Below, in pieces: positions 48,851 to 57,503 of a DNA stretch of 64,000 nt (position 1 is its first letter; every line of letters starts with the position of its first letter). The stretch is taken from the NCBI GenBank assembly GCA_913043225.1, contig CAJWLU010000003.1, positions 176,665 through 240,664 of the forward strand, in the 5' to 3' direction. Below the pieces are notes generated by a model. It did not search any database, was not told where the DNA came from, and was given only the letters and a program-made list of their open reading frames with translations. The position numbers and the translations under genes were made by a program. This DNA comes from an uncultured Acidobacteriota bacterium. GTDB taxonomy: Bacteria; Acidobacteriota; Vicinamibacteria; Vicinamibacterales; UBA8438.

Positions 48851-50643
48851 GGGAGGAGACTCGGTTCGCGCTGGGCTGGGCCGCGCGGCTGCGATGGTGG
48901 CTGGTTCTCTACGGGGTGGTGCTGCTGGCGACGACCGCCCTCGAGGGAGTCGGGCTCAGCATGCTCGTGCCGATTCTCCAGACAATCAGCGCGCAGGCTG
49001 ACGACAACATCTTCGTGCGTTTCATTACCGAGGCGTTCGCGTTCGTGGGGTTGCCCTACAGCTTGCGGTCTCTCATCGCGGTTTTCACCGTCGTCATTCT
49101 GATCAAGTATCTGTTTGTCGCCTACAGCCGGCACCTGACTCGGGTGCTCAGCGCCCGCATCACTTACGACTTGAGACGGCGCACCTTCGACAACCTGATG
49201 GGGGCGCCCCTTAGCTATTACTACCGGGTGCGGCTGGGGGACGTCGTTGCAACGCTCGGCACCTCGTCCCAGAATGCCGGAGCGATCATCGAGTACGGCA
49301 TGCTCGTGCTGAGCGCTATCGTCTTCTGTGCGCTCTATCTCACCCTGAACATGATCATCTCGGTGCCGCTGACGGTGCTGGCCATCACGCTGGCCGGGAC
49401 CGCGTATCTGGCCATCCTGCCGAGGATGCGGAAGGGGTACGGCCAGGGCACGGAAGAGAAGACGCTCATCGACCGGATGAACACGTTTCTCTACGACCGT
49501 CTGGCGGGCATCAAGCTCGTGAAGGCATTCGGCACCGAGCGCCGTCAGACCACGGGATTCGACGCCATCATCGACCGGTTCCGCAAGCTGACGATCGAGA
49601 TCACGGACAACCGGGTCATCGCCTCGCTCTTCATGGAGCCGCTGCTGTTCCTTCTGGTGGTGGTGTCGCTCGTCGTGTCCATCGAGCTTCTCGACCTCGC
49701 GCTGGCGTCGATGCTGGCGTTCCTGGTCGTGTTCGTCCAGATCCTGCCGAAGGTGAAGGCCATCCAGGCGAACCAGTTGCTGATCAACGAGCTGCTTCCG
49801 CACGTGTCGCGTATCCAGGCGTTGATCGAAAGCACTGGCGAGCGCGAGCAACTGTCCGGTAACCGCCAGATTTCGGCGATCGAGCAGGGCATCAAGTTTG
49901 ACCAGGTCAGCTATCGCTACCCGGGTACCGTTGAACCCGCGCTCGAAGACGTGTCGGTCGAGATTCGAGCCGGGACGACGACCGCGGTCGTCGGAGGCTC
50001 GGGTGGGGGCAAGACCACGTTCGTCGATCTGCTGCTCCGTCTCCACGACCCGGAGAAGGGCCGGATTACGATCGACGACGTGCCGCTGACGGAGTTGTCA
50101 CCTGTGGCATGGCACCGGTTGGTCGGGGTGGTGGAGCAGGAGCCGTATCTCTTCAACGAAACCGTCCAAGACAATATCCGCTACGGACAGACCGGAACCG
50201 AGCCGCACGCGCTTGAGCGGGCCGCGGTCGTGGCGCACGCCCACGAGTTCATTTCGCAGTTGCCCGATGGCTACCAGACTATGGTGGGGACGCGTGGGAT
50301 GACGCTCTCCGGCGGGCAGAAGCAGCGGATTGCCCTGGCCCGCGCGCTCGTCCGGCACCCGGCGATTCTCGTCCTCGACGAAGCGACCAGCGCGCTCGAC
50401 ACTGAGTCGGAGCGACTCATCCAGCGGGCCATGGCGGAGTTGCACGGTCGCACTACGATGGTGGTGGTGGCGCACCGGCTCTCGACGATTCGCCACGCCG
50501 ATCTCATTCTGGTGGTGGAGGGTGGGCGCATCGTCGAGCACGGTGATCACGACACGTTGATGCGCCGAAGCGGGCGCTACCGGGGTCTCTATGATCTGCA
50601 GCACGACCTGCAGCATCCCCGGGTCGAGTCGGCCGGGACGTAG
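48847..50643 (+). CDS. ABC exporter with fused TMD-NBD (MsbA/PglK-like, possible glycan flippase)
   Basis: TM helices; GGSGGGKTT, LSGGQKQR, ILVLDEATSALD, AHRLST. Confidence 0.9.
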   Translation: MREETRFALGWAARLRWWLVLYGVVLLATTALEGVGLSMLVPILQTISAQADDNIFVRFITEAFAFVGLPYSLRSLIAVFTVVILIKYLFVAYSRHLTRVLSARITYDLRRRTFDNLMGAPLSYYYRVRLGDVVATLGTSSQNAGAIIEYGMLVLSAIVFCALYLTLNMIISVPLTVLAITLAGTAYLAILPRMRKGYGQGTEEKTLIDRMNTFLYDRLAGIKLVKAFGTERRQTTGFDAIIDRFRKLTIEITDNRVIASLFMEPLLFLLVVVSLVVSIELLDLALASMLAFLVVFVQILPKVKAIQANQLLINELLPHVSRIQALIESTGEREQLSGNRQISAIEQGIKFDQVSYRYPGTVEPALEDVSVEIRAGTTTAVVGGSGGGKTTFVDLLLRLHDPEKGRITIDDVPLTELSPVAWHRLVGVVEQEPYLFNETVQDNIRYGQTGTEPHALERAAVVAHAHEFISQLPDGYQTMVGTRGMTLSGGQKQRIALARALVRHPAILVLDEATSALDTESERLIQRAMAELHGRTTMVVVAHRLSTIRHADLILVVEGGRIVEHGDHDTLMRRSGRYRGLYDLQHDLQHPRVESAGT

Positions 50644-50719
50644 TCGCAGGGGACACCGTCCGGCGCCCCGGAGGTGGGAACGCGCGCCCACCGGACCATC
50701 ACAGAAAGGACGTCGTTCG

Positions 50720-51508
50720 ATGATCGCCGCGTTGCTACTGGGCCGGAAAGGGAGCATCGGGTTCCCGGGCAAGAATACGTTCCGGGTCCTCGGCCGTCCG
50801 ATGGCTTCCTACCCGATGCGCGCCGCGCATCAGGCGACACTGGTCGACGCTGGCTACCTGTCCACTGACGATCCGGAACTGATGGCCCTGGCCAGAACCG
50901 AAGGGTTCGAGGTGATCGAGCGGCCACCCGAGCTTTGCACGCCGGCCGCGCTGGGCGAGGACGCCTTCGTGCACGGTTACCGGGCGATTCGGGATCAGGC
51001 TGCCGCTCGGGGCGAAGAAGTGGAGCTGATTGCCTTGCTGTTCTGCAACGCGCCAACGGTGCTCGGGGAGACGATCGATGCCGGTATCCGGGTGTTGCGG
51101 GAGCGGCCGGAAGTGGATTCGGCCGTTACCGTTTCCCGCTACAACATGTGGAGCCCGCTCCGGGCGAGGAAAGTCAATCCGGATGGCCTGCTCGACCCAT
51201 TCGTACCGTTCGAGACGTTCGGGGATCCTCGGACGCTGAATTGTGATCGGGACTCCCAGGGGGACGTCTGGTTCGCCGACATGGGCTTGTCTGTTGTGCG
51301 GCCAGCCTGTCTCGAACGAATGGAGGACGGGCTGTTGCCGCAGAAATGGATGGGGCGTAGCATCTGCCCGCTGGAGCAGTGGGGCGGGCTCGACGTCGAC
51401 TATCGCTGGCAGGTGCCTCAGGTCGAACACTGGCTCCGTGAGCACGGAGTCCGTCCGCCGGGTGAGTCGACCGAGGCGCCGGCGGCCGGGCGCGAGGGAT
51501 CGAGCTGA
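50720..51508 (+). CDS. Cytidylyltransferase (CMP-NeuAc/CMP-Kdo synthetase-like)
   Basis: LLGRKGS.GFPGKN...LG.P, LSTDD, IERPPEL, DVDY. Confidence 0.8.
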   Translation: MIAALLLGRKGSIGFPGKNTFRVLGRPMASYPMRAAHQATLVDAGYLSTDDPELMALARTEGFEVIERPPELCTPAALGEDAFVHGYRAIRDQAAARGEEVELIALLFCNAPTVLGETIDAGIRVLRERPEVDSAVTVSRYNMWSPLRARKVNPDGLLDPFVPFETFGDPRTLNCDRDSQGDVWFADMGLSVVRPACLERMEDGLLPQKWMGRSICPLEQWGGLDVDYRWQVPQVEHWLREHGVRPPGESTEAPAAGREGSS

Positions 51509-51509
51509 C

Positions 51510-52424
51510 ATGGCCAAGGTACTCGTTACCGGTGGAGCTGGTTTCGTGGGCAGCCACGTGGCCGACGAGCTCACGCGGGTGGGGCACGAAGTCCGGATCA
51601 TGGACCGTCGCCCGTCGCCCTATCACCGTCCGGACCAGGAAGAGGTGCTCGGAAGCACGACCGATCCGGCGCAGGTGGCGGCCGCCCTCGAGGGATGTGA
51701 GTTGGTCTATCATTTCGCCGGTCTCGCTGACCTCGATGACGCCCGCTCTCGCCCGGTCGACACCGTTACAGAGAACGTGCTCGGCACGGTCACCATGCTC
51801 GAAGCCGCGCGACAGGCCGGCGTCAGCCGGTTCATCCACGCGAGCACGATCTACGTGTATAGCGAGCGGGGTGGTTTCTACCGTTGCAGCAAGCAGGCGG
51901 CCGAGGGCTATACCGAGGAATTCCAGCGACGCTACGGGATGGACTTCACGATCCTGCGATATGGCACGCTGTACGGGACTCGCAGCGACCGCCGGAACAG
52001 CGTCCATCGGCTCCTGGCCGACGCCCTGGAAGACCGGGCGCTCCGCGTGGCCGGTACCGGGGACGAGCTCCGGGAGTACGTCAACGTGCGCGACGCGGCA
52101 CGGTTGAGCGTCGAGGCGCTCGACGAGGTCTATCGCAACCAGCACGTGATCGTGACCGGACCCTACCCGATCCAACTGCGCCAGCTGCTCGAGATGATTC
52201 GGGAGATCGTGGGACAGGACGTCCGGATCGAACTCGGTACGTCCGGCGACGACTATGCGCACTATCAGTTCACGCCGGTGACCTTTGCGCCGAAGATCGG
52301 TTACAAGCTCAGCAGTACCCGCTACCTCGACCTCGCGCAGGGACTGCTTGAGTGCCTCCATGAGATCCATAGCGCCGACAACCGGGACGCTCCATCAGTT
52401 GGGCCGGTGGACACCGAGCGATGA
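51510..52424 (+). CDS. NAD-dependent epimerase/dehydratase
   Basis: VTGGAGFVGSH, Y.CSK, LRYG..YG. Confidence 0.88.
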   Translation: MAKVLVTGGAGFVGSHVADELTRVGHEVRIMDRRPSPYHRPDQEEVLGSTTDPAQVAAALEGCELVYHFAGLADLDDARSRPVDTVTENVLGTVTMLEAARQAGVSRFIHASTIYVYSERGGFYRCSKQAAEGYTEEFQRRYGMDFTILRYGTLYGTRSDRRNSVHRLLADALEDRALRVAGTGDELREYVNVRDAARLSVEALDEVYRNQHVIVTGPYPIQLRQLLEMIREIVGQDVRIELGTSGDDYAHYQFTPVTFAPKIGYKLSSTRYLDLAQGLLECLHEIHSADNRDAPSVGPVDTER

Positions 52425-53149
52425 TGGCTCGACCTCGGGTGCTGCTGTCGCAACGCCTGGTGGTGGGCCCCTACGGCGATCAACGCGACGCGCTAGAACA
52501 CTCCTACGTGACCTACCTCGAAAGCCAGGGGCTGGTTCCGGTGCCAGTGTCGAACGCCACGAGATCGGTGGGCGACTATTTCTCGGACACGCTCGCGGGG
52601 GTGGTGCTGACCGGTGGGAACGACGTGCACCCCAGGAGCTACGGCAGCGAGAGGGCTCCCACCGCGGGAGCATCCGAGGTGCGCGACCGGATCGAGGCGG
52701 CCTTGATCGTAGCGGCGCTTGCTCGAGGGCTACCGGTGCTCGGTTTGTGCCGAGGGATGCAGTTCCTGAACGTGCACTTCGGCGGCGCGGTGACTGACCT
52801 GCGGCACCACCCGTTCGGCGTGGACCATCGACCCGGCGTAAACCACCAGGTGGTCGTTGAGGCGGAGGCGCGGGATTTGCTCGGCGTGGGACGATTCGAG
52901 GTCAACAGCTACCACGATGATGCCGTTACGCGGGGCACCTTGTCGCCCGCGCTCAAGGCCTTCGCCTGGGCCGAGGGTACTGACCTCGTGGAAGGGCTCT
53001 TTCATCCGGAGTTGCCGGTGGCGGGGGTGCAGTATCACCCGGAGCGCCGGGACACGGTGCACCCGGCGGATACCCGGCTGCTTGAGGCATTTCTGCATCG
53101 GCGAAGTTTCTGGCGGGGCGGGGCGGGTACAAAGGAAGGAGAGGGATGA
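52421..53149 (+). CDS. Class I glutamine amidotransferase/gamma-glutamyl hydrolase (peptidase C26; Cj1417-like)
   Basis: SQR.....YG..RDAL, LTGGND, GLCRGMQ, VNSYH, QYHPER (Cys-His-Glu triad). Confidence 0.85.
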   Translation: MMARPRVLLSQRLVVGPYGDQRDALEHSYVTYLESQGLVPVPVSNATRSVGDYFSDTLAGVVLTGGNDVHPRSYGSERAPTAGASEVRDRIEAALIVAALARGLPVLGLCRGMQFLNVHFGGAVTDLRHHPFGVDHRPGVNHQVVVEAEARDLLGVGRFEVNSYHDDAVTRGTLSPALKAFAWAEGTDLVEGLFHPELPVAGVQYHPERRDTVHPADTRLLEAFLHRRSFWRGGAGTKEGEG

Positions 53150-53937
53150 CAGGGATCATCCTGGCTGCCGGCATGGGGACGCGTCTGGGGGCGCTGACCC
53201 AGGACCGGCCCAAAGCGATGCTCGAATTTGAGGGGAGGACTCTCCTCGACCACCAGGTGGCTGCGTATCGTCGCTGCGGGGTCGAACACCTGGTCGTCAT
53301 CGGCGGCTACCGGGACGACACGATTCAATGCGAGGGCGAGGTCGTGCGTTACCGGAACTCCGCCTACGACCGGACGAACATGGTCGAGTCGTTGATGTGC
53401 GCGCGCAACGAGCTGCACGGCACGGTGCTGCTCTCCTACGGCGACGTGCTGTTCGAGGATCGTGTGCTCGAGGCGGCCATCCGGTCGACGAGCGCGATCG
53501 GGGTGACCGTGGACACCGACTGGCGGCCGTACTGGCAGGCTCGCTATGGCGACATCACCACCGACACCGAGACGCTGCGCATGGAGGATGGCCGGCGAAT
53601 TGTGCGCATTGGGCAACCCGATCCCGGTCCCGAAGACCTGGCTGCGCGGTATATCGGTTTGCTCCGCTTCAGTGACACCGGGATCCGTGAGCTGCTCGCG
53701 GTGTATGACCGGGCCCGCGCCGCCCACGTCGGCGGGGCCTGGCAGACGTCGAGCAGGTTCGAACAGGGCTATCTGACCGATCTCCTCCAGGAAGCGATCG
53801 ACCAAGGCGTCGAGGTCGACGCGGTGCCGACCGAGCGCGGGTGGCTCGAGTTCGATACGAAGGACGATTATGAGCTGGCCACGCGCTGGGCTTGCGAGGG
53901 GCAGCTGCGGGAGTTTTGCGCGTTGAGTCTCGAATGA
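53146..53937 (+). CDS. Phosphocholine-cytidylyltransferase-family nucleotidyltransferase (LicC/Cj1416-like)
   Basis: IILAAG.GTRL...T.DRPK, Y.RTNMV.SL, SYGD, YIGL, W.EFDT..DY. Confidence 0.85.
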   Translation: MTGIILAAGMGTRLGALTQDRPKAMLEFEGRTLLDHQVAAYRRCGVEHLVVIGGYRDDTIQCEGEVVRYRNSAYDRTNMVESLMCARNELHGTVLLSYGDVLFEDRVLEAAIRSTSAIGVTVDTDWRPYWQARYGDITTDTETLRMEDGRRIVRIGQPDPGPEDLAARYIGLLRFSDTGIRELLAVYDRARAAHVGGAWQTSSRFEQGYLTDLLQEAIDQGVEVDAVPTERGWLEFDTKDDYELATRWACEGQLREFCALSLE

Positions 53938-55271
53938 TCACCTGGCGCTACGCGTCGGTTGCGGGGCGTTGGCGACTGCTGACCGGCGTCGTTGTCCTGA
54001 CGGGCGCGGCGTGGTGGCTGGTTGCCACCGGGCGGCCGGGCGGACTCTGGTGGCTGGGGGCCCTCGTCGGTACTGCCGAATTGGGGGCCTGGGTCGTGAT
54101 CAGGGTCCTGGCGACCCAGCCCGGCCTTCTGGCGATCGACCACACGCCCACCATCTCGCCGGCCACCTTGGACCGGTTCTTCGAGCATGGCTTCGACGCC
54201 GAACTGGGCTGGATCCGCAAGCGGAACACCTGCAAGAAGGATCTGGGCAAGTACCCCTATCGCATCGACGATCGAGGATCGAGGACCAATCCCGGGCACG
54301 AAGGGCTTCCTGAGATCATCGGCACCTACGGTGACTCCTACACGTTCTGTCGTGAGGTGGAGGACCAAGAGACTTGGCAGTGGCATCTGGCCGAGCGCTT
54401 CTCCTGCCAGGTACTGAACTTTGGCGTGGGCAACCACGGTTTCGACCAGGGGCTGTTGCGATTACGGCGCGAGTACCCGACCGCCCCCACTCCGGTGGTG
54501 GTGATGGGGGTCGTGCCCAGCACCATCGCCCGAATCCTGAGCGTCTGGAAGCACTACAACGAGTTCGGCAACATCATGGCGTTCAAGCCCAGATTCCGCC
54601 TCGATGGGGAGCGGCTGGAGCTATTGCCGAATCCGATTGACTCCCGCGAGAAGTTCTTCGAGCTGTCGAAGCACCTGGACGACATTCAGCGCGACGACTA
54701 TTTCTACGAGCGTCGGTTCCGGCGCGAAGCATTTCGGTTTCCCTACCTGGCGTCGTGTCTCGCCAATCCGCGCGGGGTCCTGCTGGCGCCGGCCAAGGCG
54801 GTGCGCCGTCTCGGAGGCGCGTGGCCCGGGGTGGGACGGCGCGTATCGGCGCTCATCGACGATCGATTGGAAGGCGGGGGTGTTCGCCAAACGGCGGCGC
54901 TCTTTGCCGATCCCGAGGCCGCGGCGCTCCTTGATCGTCTGGTGGCCGAGCTCGCGGCCGAAGCCCGGTTGCATGGCTTCTGGCCGCTGGTCGTCGTGAT
55001 GCCGATGCGCGAGGATCTGGACTACATCCGTCGCCACTGCCACTTCTACCGAACCGCGGTCGACCGCTGGCGCAGTCAGCTCGATGTTCTCGATACCGCG
55101 GACGCGTTGCTCGACCTGCCTGCCGATACCCGGATCTATCGAGAGTGGCACTTTACCCCTGAAGCCAATCGCATCGTGGGGCGGGAGGTGGGCGACCTGC
55201 TGGCGGCACGGGTTCCTGAACGAGTCAACATCGCGCCGTCCTCGACGGCGGGGGTGTCACACGCTTCATGA
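53934..55271 (+). CDS. Membrane-anchored SGNH/GDSL-like hypothetical protein
   Basis: N-terminal TMs, YGDSYTFC, NFGVGNHG.DQ, HFTPEAN. Confidence 0.6.
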   Translation: MITWRYASVAGRWRLLTGVVVLTGAAWWLVATGRPGGLWWLGALVGTAELGAWVVIRVLATQPGLLAIDHTPTISPATLDRFFEHGFDAELGWIRKRNTCKKDLGKYPYRIDDRGSRTNPGHEGLPEIIGTYGDSYTFCREVEDQETWQWHLAERFSCQVLNFGVGNHGFDQGLLRLRREYPTAPTPVVVMGVVPSTIARILSVWKHYNEFGNIMAFKPRFRLDGERLELLPNPIDSREKFFELSKHLDDIQRDDYFYERRFRREAFRFPYLASCLANPRGVLLAPAKAVRRLGGAWPGVGRRVSALIDDRLEGGGVRQTAALFADPEAAALLDRLVAELAAEARLHGFWPLVVVMPMREDLDYIRRHCHFYRTAVDRWRSQLDVLDTADALLDLPADTRIYREWHFTPEANRIVGREVGDLLAARVPERVNIAPSSTAGVSHAS

Positions 55272-56320
55272 GCCGACTCTCGACCGCGGATGCCGTGGAC
55301 GGCGGTTGGGTGGTCTGCCCTACCTGTCGCGAGGGTCTGCGGGCAACCGACGAGGCACTCGTCTGCGCTGGGTGCGCCGCCCGGTATCCGGTCACGAGCG
55401 AGGGTATTCCGCTACTGGCTGCGCCGACCGACGAGTCGGGTACCGCCGAGGTTCAGGAGTTCTGGAGCGCGCTGCACGCCGCGATTGATGCGTCGGCGGC
55501 GGCCATTGTCGAGAGCGGCGAACTGGCCGGGATGTTCGACGACCTCGAGCGGTTGTTCACGCATCGTGAGCATCTGGCCGTTCGGGAGATGCCGATCGAT
55601 GTCTTGGCTGGGCAACGAGTACTGGAGATTGGCAGCGGGGCCGGGGCGCACTCTGCGCTGTTCAATCATCGCGGCGCCGAGATGGTGTCGTTGGACCTGA
55701 CACCGGACCGGGTGGTGACCACCGCTCGTAAGCTGGATCAGCTTGACCCGCCCAGCCTGGCCGTGCAGGGCGATGCGCGGCAGCTCCCGTTCCCCGACGG
55801 GTGGTTCGACATTGTCTATTCCAACGGTGTGCTGCACCACAGTCCAGATATCGAGCGTTCGGTGGCCGAGGTCCACCGGGTGTTGAAGCCGGGCGGGCTA
55901 GCGGTGGTCATGCTGTATGCCCGGCATTCCTTTCTTTATCGGGGCGTGCTGTTTCCGGTTCGCGGCGTGCTCCAGGGGAAGGCGTGGCGAAGCCGCCAGT
56001 GGTTGGGTGAGGCCACCGAGTGGATGTCTTCGAAGCGCCAGACGGTGTCGAACCCCTGGACGATGGTTTTTTCCGGGCGCGAGGCACATCGCCTGTTCCA
56101 CGAGTTCGCCCGGGTGCGGCTCAGGAAGAACGCCTTCACGTTCGATCAGATTCCCCTGGTGGGCAAGCTGGTCGGGCGGGTGGTGGGTCGTTGGACCGGA
56201 TCGAACCCGGCCGGTACGTTGCTGTATGGCGCGCCCTGGCGCAACGAGACGCGTCTTGAACTGTGGGCTGGTCGTTACGTCGGGTGGGGTCTGAATATCG
56301 CGGCGACCAAGGGACCCTGA
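55268..56320 (+). CDS. Class I SAM-dependent methyltransferase with N-terminal Trm112-like Zn finger
   Basis: CPTC..CAGC...YP...GIP; VLEIGSGAG, FDIVYSNGVLHH, LKPGG. Confidence 0.85.
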   Translation: MSRLSTADAVDGGWVVCPTCREGLRATDEALVCAGCAARYPVTSEGIPLLAAPTDESGTAEVQEFWSALHAAIDASAAAIVESGELAGMFDDLERLFTHREHLAVREMPIDVLAGQRVLEIGSGAGAHSALFNHRGAEMVSLDLTPDRVVTTARKLDQLDPPSLAVQGDARQLPFPDGWFDIVYSNGVLHHSPDIERSVAEVHRVLKPGGLAVVMLYARHSFLYRGVLFPVRGVLQGKAWRSRQWLGEATEWMSSKRQTVSNPWTMVFSGREAHRLFHEFARVRLRKNAFTFDQIPLVGKLVGRVVGRWTGSNPAGTLLYGAPWRNETRLELWAGRYVGWGLNIAATKGP

Positions 56321-56345
56321 TGGGGGTTTCCGGAACCGACGGGCA

Positions 56346-57503
56346 ATGATGATGAGTTGGCGATCACTGTTCGGTGGGCGCAAGTCCGGTCCCAGACCCA
56401 ATGTCGTGCTGATTCTTCTGGATCAATTCCGGCACGATGCCCGGTCGGTGCATCCGGTGTTTTCAACCCTGGGCGACCGCGGCTGCCTGTTCTCCGAAAC
56501 CATCACCTACGCGCCATATACCCTGGCCTCGATGCACGCCACCATGACCGGGCTGTATGGGCGACAGACCGGAGTCGACGCCTACACCAAGTCCGACCAG
56601 TTCCAGAGCGGACAGTGTCACACTCTGGCGCAATACCTTCAGGAGGCGGGCTATCACACGAGGGGCTACACCTTTAGTAAGCTGCTGGTCCCGCCGGACG
56701 GTTTCGATTCCCTCTCGATCGTGCCGGAGGATGAGGAAACCGGGGTCCTGGCGAACCAGCTGGCCGAGCTCGACGCCGCCTTTGCACAGAGCAAGCCTTT
56801 CTTCTGCTATCTCCACTATCCGGAGATTCATCACGTCATCGTCCGAGATGTGCTCCGGAAGTACACGCCCTTCGACGAGGAGTATTTCGGCAACCGGGAG
56901 CGTAACCGCGCCGCCTACCTCGAGGCGGCCCGCGGTGCGGCCGAGCACACTGCTGCCTTGCTCGAGGCCGTCGACCGGCGCGATCCGAACGGCGACACTC
57001 TGGTCGTGGTCATGACCGACCATGGTGGTGGGGTCGGAGAGAGAGTGGGCGAAAAGGCCTACGGGGTCTTCACCTACGACTACACGATCCGTATCTGGAT
57101 GTATCTGGTGTGCGCGCCGCTGCTGCCGGCGGGCGCTGAGTTCGACGCCCAGGTTCGGACTGTCGATCTAGTGCCGACGCTCCTCGAACTCCTCGAGCTG
57201 AGTCCATCCAGCCGGCATACGGCGCTCACTGGACGTTCGTTGCTACCGTTGATCCGGGGTGAGGAGACGAGTGGACGACCGGCGTTCACGGAGACGGGGG
57301 GCGTCGAGGGGCCGAATCCGTCGCCCGACCATCCGAACGTCAAGAGTCTGCGGGCCGACGGCTGGAAGCTGATCTACAACCAGACGATCAACACGTTCGA
57401 GTTGTACAACCTGGTCGAGGACCCTCACGAAAGGACCAATCTCTACACCACCCACCCAGAGAAGGCCCGCGAGATGTGGGTCAAGATGTCGGAGTACCTC
57501 TGA
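56346..57503 (+). CDS. Alkaline-phosphatase/sulfatase-superfamily protein with Thr at the nucleophile position
   Basis: PNVVLILLDQFR, PYTLASM....TG, TDHG, DLVPTL, ELYNL..DP.E..N. Confidence 0.75.
   Translation: MMMSWRSLFGGRKSGPRPNVVLILLDQFRHDARSVHPVFSTLGDRGCLFSETITYAPYTLASMHATMTGLYGRQTGVDAYTKSDQFQSGQCHTLAQYLQEAGYHTRGYTFSKLLVPPDGFDSLSIVPEDEETGVLANQLAELDAAFAQSKPFFCYLHYPEIHHVIVRDVLRKYTPFDEEYFGNRERNRAAYLEAARGAAEHTAALLEAVDRRDPNGDTLVVVMTDHGGGVGERVGEKAYGVFTYDYTIRIWMYLVCAPLLPAGAEFDAQVRTVDLVPTLLELLELSPSSRHTALTGRSLLPLIRGEETSGRPAFTETGGVEGPNPSPDHPNVKSLRADGWKLIYNQTINTFELYNLVEDPHERTNLYTTHPEKAREMWVKMSEYL

Noticed and set aside
48799..52370. Long minus-strand ORFs of 415, 288 and 398 aa
   Set aside because: Antisense shadows of well-supported plus-strand genes
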